A stretch of 27,393 nucleotides of DNA from Candidatus Hydrogenedentota bacterium (GTDB lineage Bacteria > Hydrogenedentota > Hydrogenedentia > Hydrogenedentales > SLHB01), in NCBI GenBank assembly GCA_034408725.1, contig JAWXCN010000041.1, positions 1 to 27,393 on the forward strand. Direction: 5' to 3'. Shown here one piece after another: positions 10,501 through 17,928 of this stretch (the stretch's first letter is position 1; each line of letters starts with the position of its first letter). The position numbers and the translations under genes were made by a program. The notes under the pieces are model-generated. The model was given only the letters and a program-made list of their open reading frames with translations, did not search any database and was not told the DNA's origin.

Positions 10501-13433
10501 TCGGCCGGTGCGACGTTGAAAGCACGATAGAAGGAGCGGTTGGCGCTTTCGACGTGAAGCTGTCCATCAAGCACGAGCATCGGATCGCGCACGGTATCAA
10601 CCGTGTTCTGGGCAAAGTCGCGCGCGTCGGAAGCGATCTGTTCGCTATGCTTGAGCGCGTCGATGTCCACCAGGACCAGCACGGCGCCATCCACCTTGTT
10701 GTCAAGTGTTATATAAGGACGAACACGCAACGAATGCCAGCGGCCGGCTTTGTCACGCACTTCGCACTCATGCTCCCGCACGGAGGCAATGACTTCGGCG
10801 CAGAGTTTATCGAGGTCAGGCGCGGAGTTTGCCGAGCTCGCCGAGTGCAGCGGGAGGTTATGCTGGATGTGGCTTATCGGCCTGCCTAAATCGGTGGTTA
10901 TCAGGCCAAACTGCTCGTGGGCCTGGCGACTGACGCGGCGGATGGTAAGGTCACGCCCAAGCAGAATGATGGCGATCTTGACCGAAGTCTGGAGATTTAT
11001 CAGATCGTTGTTCAGGCGATTGAGCTCGAGGTTGCGATGGATCATCTCCTCGTTCAGGGTCGTCAGTTCTTCGTTGCCGGACTCGAGTTCCTCTTTCGAG
11101 GTCTCGAGTTCTTCGTTAATGGACTGTAACTCTTCGTTGGCCGCCTGGAGTTCCTCGTTGGCGGCCTCGTGCTGCTCCTGGAGCGACTGGAGGTACTCGC
11201 CCGTCTCGGCGAGGTCGGATTCGAGTTCGGCGATGCGGTTGGTTTCTTCCTTCTTGCTGAGGACCGCCCTTGCCGGCTCTTCGCGCAACGGCGCGCGGCC
11301 GCTGCCGCGAATCGCCTCCTCGGCCTCTTTGAATACGATCAGGAAGCAGCGTTCGGGCAGGTTCTTCAGCGGGATGACTTCCAGAAGAATCGTGCGCGTT
11401 TCCCCATCGCGTTTGACGCGCACGTTCTCCGCGATCGCAGTCTTGTTGTCCTTCCTGGCCTCGTTGATAGCAGCCCGCAGCGGCAGCATAAGACCCTCGC
11501 GCGCCATCTTCAGCACGTCAAAGGAAGCCTTGCCAGCAGGCGGCTCGAGATACGCGCCGGTCGGCCCGCGGAATTGCAGCACTTGCAACTGGTCGTTAAT
11601 GAGCACGCCCGGCGGCGCGAATTGATTTACGGCGATGCGGTCGGCCTCTCGCTGCGCGTTCAACTCGGCGCGCACCACGCCATCGAGCGCCTCCGGCTGT
11701 CCCCGCTGCCGCATTGGGAGTGACGGCACTGCGCGCTCTCGATCGCCTTGGTCTCGTCTAACCGGCAGATGAAAGCCCGGGGTCGGCGCCTGCTTCTTGG
11801 AAAAGATTTTGTGCTTGCGGTCCACCGTCTCGAACAGGTCGGTGAAACCGCCGATGGATTCGGAGGCGCCCAGCAGCAGGAACCCATCGGGCTTGAGCGC
11901 GTAGTGAAACGTAGGCATCGCCTTTTTCTGCAAACCTGGTTCGAGATAGATCAGCAGGTTGCGGCAACTGATGAGGTCCAGGCGCGAGAAGGGCGGGTCG
12001 GCGATAAGGTTCTGCCGCGCGAATACCACCATCTCGCGCAACGCCTTGTTGATGCGGTAGCCTCCCTCCTCCTCGAAGAAGAACCGTTTGAGGCGCTCCG
12101 GCGTGATATCGCCGGCGAGGCTCTTGGCATAGAGGCCGTGGCGTGCCTTTTCCAGCAGCGCGTCGTTGAGGTCGGTCGCAAATATCTGGAGCTTGCGCAT
12201 GCGCGGCGCCTTCTCCGCCGATTCGACGAACGAGATGGCGATCGAATACGCCTCCTGCCCGGTCGAGCAGCCTAACACCCAGACGCGGAGCGGATCGTCG
12301 CCGCGCCTTTGAAGTAGCGCGGGGAAGACGTCTCGCTGGAGCGCGTCGAACGTCTCTGGGTTGCGGAAAAAACTCGTCACGCTGATGAGCACGTCGGAAT
12401 ACAGCGAATCGAGTTCCTTGGCGTTGTTGCGAAGGAACTTGCCGTAACTTTCGAGTGTATCGTGCTTGTTGAGCACCAGCCGCCGGGAAATGCGGCGCTG
12501 GATGGTGTTGGACTTGTACAGCGAGAAATCCACGCCGGAATGGTTACGCAAGTGCATCAGAATGTTCTTGTAGCCGTTGTCGGCGTCCTTTGATTGCGCT
12601 GTATTCTCGCCATTGCCTTGGGAGTCCGTGGACTCGTCACGCGCTTGCTCGGCGCCGGTATTGGGAGTTCCCTTGCCACCCGAAGGCAACGGCGCGTCGT
12701 CATCCTGGTGCTCGACCGCTTCCGCGTGATCGAGTTCCGGGCGGATCGAAATTTCAAGAGAGTGCCCGGCGATGTACGGGTGTTTTGCGATGCGCGCGAG
12801 TTCGTTCGCGATATCAACCGGGGAAAGCACGAGGTCCACGCAACCCGCGGCTATCGCGCTACGCGGCATCGAATCATACTTGGCCGAATCGTCTTGCGCG
12901 AAGGTGATGCCGCCCTCGGCCTTGATGGCTTCGAGCCCGAGTGTGCCATCGCTGGCCGTGCCGGAGAGCACCACGCCAATGGCACACTCGCGCTGGTCCA
13001 TGGCGAGCGATTCGAAAAAGGTATCTAGCGGCCGATGCGGCGTGCGTGTCCCCGCGCGGGGTTCGAGCATCAAAACGCCCTGTGCGATGCTCAGATTCGT
13101 GCCCGGCGGAATGACATAAACGTGATCGGCCTGGACCCGCTGATTGTTTATGACTTCCCGTACCGAAAGTGACGTGACCCGGCCTAGAATCTTCGTCAGC
13201 GCGCTTTCATGCACCGGGTCCAGATGCTGGACCAGCACGAACGCCATGCCGGTGTCCAGCGGGAGCGCCTTGAGCAACTGGGTGAACGCCTCGAGCCCGC
13301 CGGCAGAAGCGCCGATACCGACGATGGGAAACGAAGCCTCCGCGCCGCAGCGGTCGGGTACAGCCGGGACAGCTTCCGCTGGCGATTTCTTTCCATCTTC
13401 GGGTCGCTTCTTCTTCTCGGATCGCTTCTTCAA
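7554..13433 (-). CDS. CheB methylesterase-CheR methyltransferase-coiled coil-multi-PAS hybrid histidine kinase with C-terminal receiver
   Basis: CheB triad motifs GASAGG, VQHL and SGTASDG. CheR motifs VLGCSTGQEAYS and DLISCRNLLIY. NEELQ heptad coiled coil and about 6-7 PAS-like segments. H-box SHELRNPLAPI, N-box NLLNNAAKY, G-boxes DNGVGI and GLGIGL. REC motifs VVDD...LLDIGLP. The TTG start has GGAGG 7 nt upstream. Confidence 0.95.
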   Translation of the reverse strand: MKKRSEKKKRPEDGKKSPAEAVPAVPDRCGAEASFPIVGIGASAGGLEAFTQLLKALPLDTGMAFVLVQHLDPVHESALTKILGRVTSLSVREVINNQRVQADHVYVIPPGTNLSIAQGVLMLEPRAGTRTPHRPLDTFFESLAMDQRECAIGVVLSGTASDGTLGLEAIKAEGGITFAQDDSAKYDSMPRSAIAAGCVDLVLSPVDIANELARIAKHPYIAGHSLEISIRPELDHAEAVEHQDDDAPLPSGGKGTPNTGAEQARDESTDSQGNGENTAQSKDADNGYKNILMHLRNHSGVDFSLYKSNTIQRRISRRLVLNKHDTLESYGKFLRNNAKELDSLYSDVLISVTSFFRNPETFDALQRDVFPALLQRRGDDPLRVWVLGCSTGQEAYSIAISFVESAEKAPRMRKLQIFATDLNDALLEKARHGLYAKSLAGDITPERLKRFFFEEEGGYRINKALREMVVFARQNLIADPPFSRLDLISCRNLLIYLEPGLQKKAMPTFHYALKPDGFLLLGASESIGGFTDLFETVDRKHKIFSKKQAPTPGFHLPVRRDQGDRERAVPSLPMRQRGQPEALDGVVRAELNAQREADRIAVNQFAPPGVLINDQLQVLQFRGPTGAYLEPPAGKASFDVLKMAREGLMLPLRAAINEARKDNKTAIAENVRVKRDGETRTILLEVIPLKNLPERCFLIVFKEAEEAIRGSGRAPLREEPARAVLSKKEETNRIAELESDLAETGEYLQSLQEQHEAANEELQAANEELQSINEELETSKEELESGNEELTTLNEEMIHRNLELNRLNNDLINLQTSVKIAIILLGRDLTIRRVSRQAHEQFGLITTDLGRPISHIQHNLPLHSASSANSAPDLDKLCAEVIASVREHECEVRDKAGRWHSLRVRPYITLDNKVDGAVLVLVDIDALKHSEQIASDARDFAQNTVDTVRDPMLVLDGQLHVESANRSFYRAFNVAPAEVIGKFIYDLGNGEWNIPRLRELLEEVLTRSSTIEDFEVDHEFAQLGHRIMLLNARRLYDSERNIQRILVAIEDITGRKQTEAALRESEERYRTLFDLGPVAVYSCDASGVIQNFNGRAAELWGRAPEQGNTDEKFCGSGKMFRPDGTFMPHDQCPMAQVLSGAIPHLTDGEVHIERPDGSRVVVIVAIRPLKNEHGEITGAINCFYDITERKQAEMVLRESDQRYRNLFNAIDEGFCVIEMMFDEHGKPVDYRFLETNPAFEKQSGLQDALGKRMRELRPHHEEHWFETYGKVALTGEAVRFEAEAAELGRSFDVYALRVGDPESRKVAVVFTDITERKRTEVDLERSAELLRFVMSSMPQKIFTAKANGDMDFFNSQWSEYTGVPFDQIRDWGWARFIHPDDEAENVRVWRHSIHTGEPFQFEHRIRRADGEYRWHVTRALSMRDEADGVSMWIGSNSDIHDIKQAEQALHDSEVRYRRLFETSKDGILILDADNGKIVDANAFMSAMVELEPEELVGKELYEIGMFKDIEENKEAFRELQRTGYLRHEHLPVHNQSGGQVEVEFIANVYQEDHTLVAQCNVRDISQRVEMERKIIRQAEALAEESRRKDEFLAMLSHELRNPLAPIRSAVHLLKLHAHGTENIIAQQAREIIERQAGNLTKLVSDLMEVSRVVSGRVRLNQQIVDMNQIVRHAIETSTPLIEQHKHALAVNCSSQPVWASVDATRMEEVLINLLNNAAKYTDDGGRIEITCEHDGQDYVQVRVRDNGVGIDGKLLPRIFDLFTQADRSLDRAAGGLGIGLSLAHRLVGMHGGSIEVQSPPSGMTSGSEFIVRLPQVPPPYALLEPSISDSGEAKSEGVRVLVVDDNIDQVTMIVSILRHQGYSVQSAHSGTDGLKVAKLWRPDLVLLDIGLPGLDGYEVARQLRSDPNTQGAKIIALTGYGRDTDIAREQEVGFDAHLTKPFEFDELEKLMRNSSPPGV

Positions 13434-13598
13434 GGTAAAACCTCCGAACGTCGCGGATCGGCGTAAGACAGCCTATGGTAAATCGCTTGTTTTTGACTTA
13501 TTATTTCGTGGCGAGCAGAGGTATTTTGTATCACCCACACCCTCGCGCAGGCGCACGAATTCCCGATCCCGGCCTCTTCGCGGGAAAACCTGTGATTC

Positions 13599-13627
13599 AG
13601 TATAATAAATATGTCCAGATAGCTCAA
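13599..13627 (-). promoter_or_regulatory. Putative sigma70 promoter for the CheB/CheR kinase gene
   Basis: The minus strand reads TTGAGC-N17-TATACT about 165 nt upstream of the start codon. Confidence 0.5.
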
Positions 13628-13756
13628 CACATCTACCCGGCTGAAAATGCCCGGAGGGTAGTGGAACGGGTTGTACACCTTGTCCATATTCATACCGCAC
13701 GTTACAGAAATGGTAACCGTTTTAACCAGAAGCCTTTCCACGTTAAAGGAAGAGGC

Positions 13757-13902
13757 CTATTTGGACTGCGGCGGCCCCCAAGGCGCCGCTTTGGCTGTTT
13801 ATCGCAGATGGTCTACCCCTTGCCCTGCGCGCACGAAGTCATCGCGCATAAACAGCCAAAGCGGTGTCTGCTTTACCCGCTTCGCCACCGCAGTCCAAAT
13901 AG
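13757..13902. repeat. REPIN/MITE-like element (146 bp) with 15-bp terminal inverted repeats CTATTTGGACTGCGG
   Basis: The termini are perfect inverted repeats. An inner inverted repeat pairs CCGCTTTGGCTGTTTAT with ATAAACAGCCAAAGCGG. A near-identical copy lies at 24116-24262. Confidence 0.9.
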
Positions 13903-13933
13903 CGCACTTTGCAAACTCAACGTTCAGCGCATT

Positions 13934-14205
13934 TTGGAGTGCGGGAGCGGGTAGCTGCCGCTTTCACTTTAAGAGAGCAGCAGCGCGATGCAACGGGTCA
14001 AGACTCTTTGCAATCCGAAGTGAAAGCGGTAGCTGCGTCCGAAGCGGACTTCGCTATCGCAGTCCAAGGCCTTGGAGTGCGGGAGCGGGTAGCTGCCGCT
14101 TTCACTTCAAGAGAGCAGCAGCGCGATGCAACGGGTCGAGACTCCTTGCAATCCGAAGTGAAAGCGGTAGCTGCGTCCGAAGCGGACTCCGCTACCGCAG
14201 TCCAA
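13934..14205. repeat. Tandem duplication of a second REPIN-like element (134-bp unit, 138-bp period)
   Basis: 13934-14067 and 14072-14205 are nearly identical. Each starts TTGGAGTGCGG and ends CGCAGTCCAA, with inner inverted repeat CCGCTTTCACTT/AAGTGAAAGCGG. The units are joined by GGCC. Confidence 0.92.
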
Positions 14206-14241
14206 ATAGTCCTCAGTCCAAACGCCAAGTTTTAGGAGGAA

Positions 14242-14284
14242 GCCTATTTGGACTGCGGCGGCCCCCAAGGCGCCGCTTTGGCTG
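14242..14284 (+). repeat. Single REP arm (type 1)
   Basis: GCCTATTTGGACTGCGGCGGCCCCCAAGGCGCCGCTTTGGCTG, identical to 13755-13797. Confidence 0.9.
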
Positions 14285-14316
14285 CTCATCACGGTTGGTC
14301 GTGCGCAGGATATTTA

Positions 14317-14345
14317 TTGACACCCTTTGGCCCGCCCGGTAGAAT
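14317..14345 (+). promoter_or_regulatory. Near-consensus sigma70 promoter of the zinc-ribbon/TPR operon
   Basis: TTGACA (14317-14322), N17, TAGAAT (14340-14345). An additional TATAAT lies at 14351-14356. Confidence 0.75.
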
Positions 14346-14410
14346 CGGGGTATAATGTAGCAGCGGGCGTATATCGAAACGGCGGTAATGCGTGAATAGA
14401 GCGGTGATGG

Positions 14411-14578
14411 ATGAATCAAACGGTCTATCTCGGTGTTATGTTGGGCGTTATCGTTCTTGTGTTCGCCTGGGTAACACCGGCGTTGATTCGTAAAAAGTGT
14501 TCTGAGTGCGGGGCCAGAAATTCACTTGACGCGAAGGTTTGCGCGAAATGTGCGGCTTCCTTCCCGAATGATGAATGA
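14411..14578 (+). CDS. Small 55-aa membrane-anchored zinc-ribbon protein (not in ORF track)
   Basis: Manual translation: MNQTVYLGVMLGVIVLVFAWVTPALIRKKCSECGARNSLDAKVCAKCAASFPNDE*. One TM helix followed by CxxC-x10-CxxC, directly downstream of a strong promoter. Confidence 0.8.
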   Translation: MNQTVYLGVMLGVIVLVFAWVTPALIRKKCSECGARNSLDAKVCAKCAASFPNDE

Positions 14579-14696
14579 CCGCGTGTGGTTGTTTGCTATC
14601 GGCCCCTCCTCCTATGCGCTCGACTGGTTGCAGCCGGGCAGGCAGTTTTCCGGGTTGAAGTCCCGGTAACCAGATGAGGTGCTGTCAGTGCCTACC

Positions 14697-16289
14697 ATGA
14701 TCAATTGCCCATACTGCGGCAAACTCACCGATCCGCAATTGGACAGTTGCGTCCATTGCGGCGGGTTCCTGAAAAAACAATCCGGGCCGCGCCCGGCGCG
14801 CCGTAGCGCAATGACCAGCCAGACGTGTCCGAAGTGCGGTGCGCTGGTGAAAGAGGGCGATATTATTTGTGTGGCCTGCGGCGTTAACCTGCTCACGGGC
14901 CAGAAGGTCGCCGAGCAACAGGGCATGGCGCCGATAAAGATAGCGGCGGCGCCGGTCAACCGCCTACCCTATATTATAGGCAGCATCCTCGTGCTGCTGG
15001 TGTTGCTCATTGGCGCGCTGATTGTCTATTGGCTCACCCGCGATCCGGTCGCCAAAGCAAAGCGCCTTGCGAACAATGGGCGCATGTCTGAAGCGGTTGC
15101 GTTGCTGGAAGACCATGTGGCCGAGAACACCGACGATGCCACTGCGCATCATGAATTGGGGAGAATGTACTGGCTGGGCAGCGATATGACCCGCGCCGCG
15201 CAAAACTTTGAGAAGGCAGCGAGGCTCGATCCGGGAAATGACGAAGCGGCAAGAATGGCGGTAATAAGCTATGGTCAGGTTGAGACTCCTTCGGGCCGGG
15301 ATGCGCAACTCGCGTTGCTCGAGCGCGTGACGCAGGAAGACCCGAACGACGCTGAAATGTTGTATCTGCTGGGTCTTGCGCGTGGATTGAAAAGTGATTA
15401 CAGCGGTCAAGTCGACGCGTTGAGCCGGTCTTCGGCCGTGGAGGCGAATCCCGCCGCGCGGCGGGCCGAAGCAGCGGGCAGGGCGCTGCAGAATGACTTG
15501 CGGGGCGCGCAGGAGCAGCTTGCGGCTGCGAATCCCTCGGAGGCGGATACTTTGGCGGCCGGGGGCATCATATCGGCGATGGAAGGCGACAGCGCCGCCG
15601 CGACGGCGAAACTTCAAGACGCCGTGAATGCTGATACGTCGATTCAAGACGAGGCGTTGACGCGGCTGGGGTTGCTGCTGATCGAACAGGGCAACTATGG
15701 CGAGGCATACTCGCGGCTGGACGAAGCTTTGAAGCTGAACCCGAATAACGCGACTGCGAAATATTTTCACGCCGTGTGCCTGGACCGTCAGCGGTTGACC
15801 TCGCAAGCGTTGATGGCATTCGAAACCTTGGCGGGTGAAAACAATCCGTTCCAGGCCAAAGCGGCCGTGCAGGCGGCGCGCCTGAACCTGGCACAACAAA
15901 ACGCGGACCGCGCGCTGCAAACGCTCTCGCGAGTGCCGGTACCCAACGCGCCGACGGACCTCGCGGAACTGGAAACGGTGCGCGGACGGGCAAACATGAT
16001 GCTGGGTGATATTGATGGGGCGCGCGATTCGTTCCGGAAAGCGACGCAAGCCGACCCCAACTATGCCCCGGCGCATCTCGAGATGGGCCTGGTGCTGGTG
16101 CAGCGCCAGGACATTCAGGAAGGCATCCGTGAACTCGAACGCTACTTGAATCTTGTTGACCGGGAAGACCCGGAATCAGGCACGTCGGAAGTGCAGGCGT
16201 TAATCGATCAGTTGCGCAGTTCGGTAGATTCTGGAAGAACGGCGGAACGCGCGGAAGCCCCGGTCGCGGGTGAAAGGGGCGTGTCATGA
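14697..16289 (+). CDS. Double zinc-ribbon, single-TM, multi-TPR protein
   Basis: N-terminal CPYC...CVHC and CPKC...CVAC, TM helix YIIGSILVLLVLLIGALIVYWL, and many TPR-like repeats (AARLDPGN, ALKLNPNN, ATQADPNY). ATG 14697 preferred over GTG 14679. Confidence 0.88.
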   Translation: MINCPYCGKLTDPQLDSCVHCGGFLKKQSGPRPARRSAMTSQTCPKCGALVKEGDIICVACGVNLLTGQKVAEQQGMAPIKIAAAPVNRLPYIIGSILVLLVLLIGALIVYWLTRDPVAKAKRLANNGRMSEAVALLEDHVAENTDDATAHHELGRMYWLGSDMTRAAQNFEKAARLDPGNDEAARMAVISYGQVETPSGRDAQLALLERVTQEDPNDAEMLYLLGLARGLKSDYSGQVDALSRSSAVEANPAARRAEAAGRALQNDLRGAQEQLAAANPSEADTLAAGGIISAMEGDSAAATAKLQDAVNADTSIQDEALTRLGLLLIEQGNYGEAYSRLDEALKLNPNNATAKYFHAVCLDRQRLTSQALMAFETLAGENNPFQAKAAVQAARLNLAQQNADRALQTLSRVPVPNAPTDLAELETVRGRANMMLGDIDGARDSFRKATQADPNYAPAHLEMGLVLVQRQDIQEGIRELERYLNLVDREDPESGTSEVQALIDQLRSSVDSGRTAERAEAPVAGERGVS

Positions 16290-17728
16290 AGCGGGCCGTA
16301 TTGATAACCACGATGGTGTTAATGACCGTCTCGGCCGCCGCGCCGGCATTTGCGTGGGGGCCGAAAACGCGGGTGTCCATCGTGACTACAGCCGCGCGGG
16401 TTGTGTCGCGCGATTCCGGCGCAAACCTCGCGAAGCTCGAACGGGACATCCGGGCCGGCGCTGCCGTGTCGCCCAGTGAACTTGTGGCGATCATTCCCGC
16501 CGGCGCCGCGAACCCGTTGAGCGCGATCGAAGGCGAGATGTACCTGTTGCAGGCTGTCGGAGGCGGACGGGTGGACCCCTACCTTGCGTACCGGCTCGGC
16601 GTGCTGGGTTCGTTGGTTGCGCAGGTGACAGCGCCGTTGGCGGATTCCGATCCCACGATCCGGGACGTGTACTACGCCGATGTCGAGGGCGTCATCGAGA
16701 CGGTCCAGTTGAAACCCGCCCGGCGGGCACAAGTCGATCCAGCTTCCTATCTCACGGATGTACGGGCGGAAGCAGATGAACGGCGTGAACTTATCCTGGC
16801 GGACTATCGTGGCGGACTCGGATTTAAGGGCATTGCCGGCGCGGCGATCAGCGACGACGCGAGCCGATCAGTAAACGCGGTCGCGGATGTGCTTCAGGCG
16901 GTAGTCACCGACCGGGTGACGGCTGCGAACATTTCTCCGTCGCAGATTCGCGATTACGCGGTGCGCGCGATTCAGTTTTACATCAGGCGCGGCAACGACG
17001 CGGAAACGGAAGCAGCGTATGCCAGGTTGATGGACATGAACGTGGCGACCGTAGATTTGCAGAAACAGATTGGAGACATGTTTTACGACGCAGGCAAGCA
17101 CGAACGCGCGATGAAGGAGTATAAGGCTGTCTTGGCGTTGGATCCGTCCCGGCGCGACGTTACGACGCGCATCGCGGAATACTACGTGAAAGTCGGGGAC
17201 GATGCCCTTGCCGGGGAACAACTCGAAGATGCGCGAGACGCATATCGGATGGCCCTGGATTCAGACAAACTGCATCCTTCCGCGCAAAGCAAGGTGCTGG
17301 ACGCGGAGAAAATGATAGCGGAGCGTGATGCGCGCCTGGCCGCGGCGCGTGAATCGTTGAACGCTGGCGACGAAAAAGCGAATGCGGCGGAGCAACTTGC
17401 GTTCCGGCGGGATTACGGCGGCGCCATCGCGCTGCTGTATGACGCGCAAACGGCCTATAACACAGTGACGACGGAGTTCGCGCCGGAGTTTCGCGCGGCG
17501 CAGAATGGGCTGCTGACGACACAAAGCCGGCTGGGCATGTTGCGGCAGGAGCTCGTGAATAATGCGCCGTCGCTGAGCGGGCTTGGCGGTGGTTTCACGA
17601 CGCGCATGCAAGCGCAGGAAGCGGCGCAAGCGACGGACACCGCGGCGTTGCGCGCGCTTATCGAGGCGCAGTATCAGGCTGAACTGAACCGCCTCCGCGC
17701 CGAGGCGGGCGCGGAAATCGCGCCGTAA
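16286..17728 (+). CDS. Secreted TPR protein with an N-terminal degenerate Zn-dependent phospholipase C/S1-P1 nuclease-like domain
   Basis: Signal peptide ending AFA followed by WG, AYRLGVLGSLVAQVTAPLA segment, TPR repeats (VLALDPSR). ATGA overlap with the upstream gene. The domain call is by motif resemblance only. Confidence 0.7.
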   Translation: MKRAVLITTMVLMTVSAAAPAFAWGPKTRVSIVTTAARVVSRDSGANLAKLERDIRAGAAVSPSELVAIIPAGAANPLSAIEGEMYLLQAVGGGRVDPYLAYRLGVLGSLVAQVTAPLADSDPTIRDVYYADVEGVIETVQLKPARRAQVDPASYLTDVRAEADERRELILADYRGGLGFKGIAGAAISDDASRSVNAVADVLQAVVTDRVTAANISPSQIRDYAVRAIQFYIRRGNDAETEAAYARLMDMNVATVDLQKQIGDMFYDAGKHERAMKEYKAVLALDPSRRDVTTRIAEYYVKVGDDALAGEQLEDARDAYRMALDSDKLHPSAQSKVLDAEKMIAERDARLAAARESLNAGDEKANAAEQLAFRRDYGGAIALLYDAQTAYNTVTTEFAPEFRAAQNGLLTTQSRLGMLRQELVNNAPSLSGLGGGFTTRMQAQEAAQATDTAALRALIEAQYQAELNRLRAEAGAEIAP

Positions 17729-17733
17729 CAAGG

Positions 17734-17859
17734 TTGGGGTAGAGGACTAAGTCGTTTTGGGTAGAGGCTATTTGGGCTGCCTTCTGGTTAGAACGCCGTC
17801 CATCCAAAGCGGCGCCTTGGGGGCCGCCGCAGTCCAAATAGGCCTTTTCACGTTGAAAG
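17734..17859. repeat. REP-like locus C: G-rich linker, degenerate arm end and inverted type-1 REP arm
   Basis: 17737-17762 is identical to 6978-7003 (26 nt). 17804-17843 is the reverse complement of the type-1 arm. Confidence 0.85.
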
Positions 17860-17862
17860 TCT

Positions 17863-17891
17863 AAACGCCTGCACGCGGCGGGCGTTTTTTT
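17863..17891 (+). terminator. Rho-independent terminator of the TPR operon (possibly bidirectional)
   Basis: AAACGCCTGC-ACGCG-GCGGGCGTTT hairpin followed by a T-run, between convergent genes. Confidence 0.75.
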
Positions 17892-17928
17892 GTTTTCCAA
17901 CGACGAAACCAAATTGGACCGCGGCGGC

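Noticed and set aside
11060-11180. Short nucleotide repeats (GAGTTC/CTCGTTG) inside the kinase gene
   Set aside because: They simply encode the NEEL heptad coiled coil typical of CheBR fusions.
13757-14284. Possible CRISPR array
   Set aside because: The repeats alternate in orientation, the 'spacers' are themselves duplicated, unit sizes do not fit, and there are no cas genes.
13475-14419. ORFs across the repeat cluster (e.g. 13671-14342, 13909-14235) and ORFs 6998-7507 and 24007-24291
   Set aside because: They are translations of the palindromic repeats; the same peptides recur at each locus. No HUH or DDE transposase motifs are present.
14964-16494. Long minus-strand ORFs (370 aa and 308 aa)
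   Set aside because: Antisense shadows of the TPR genes in GC-rich sequence, with no recognisable motifs.
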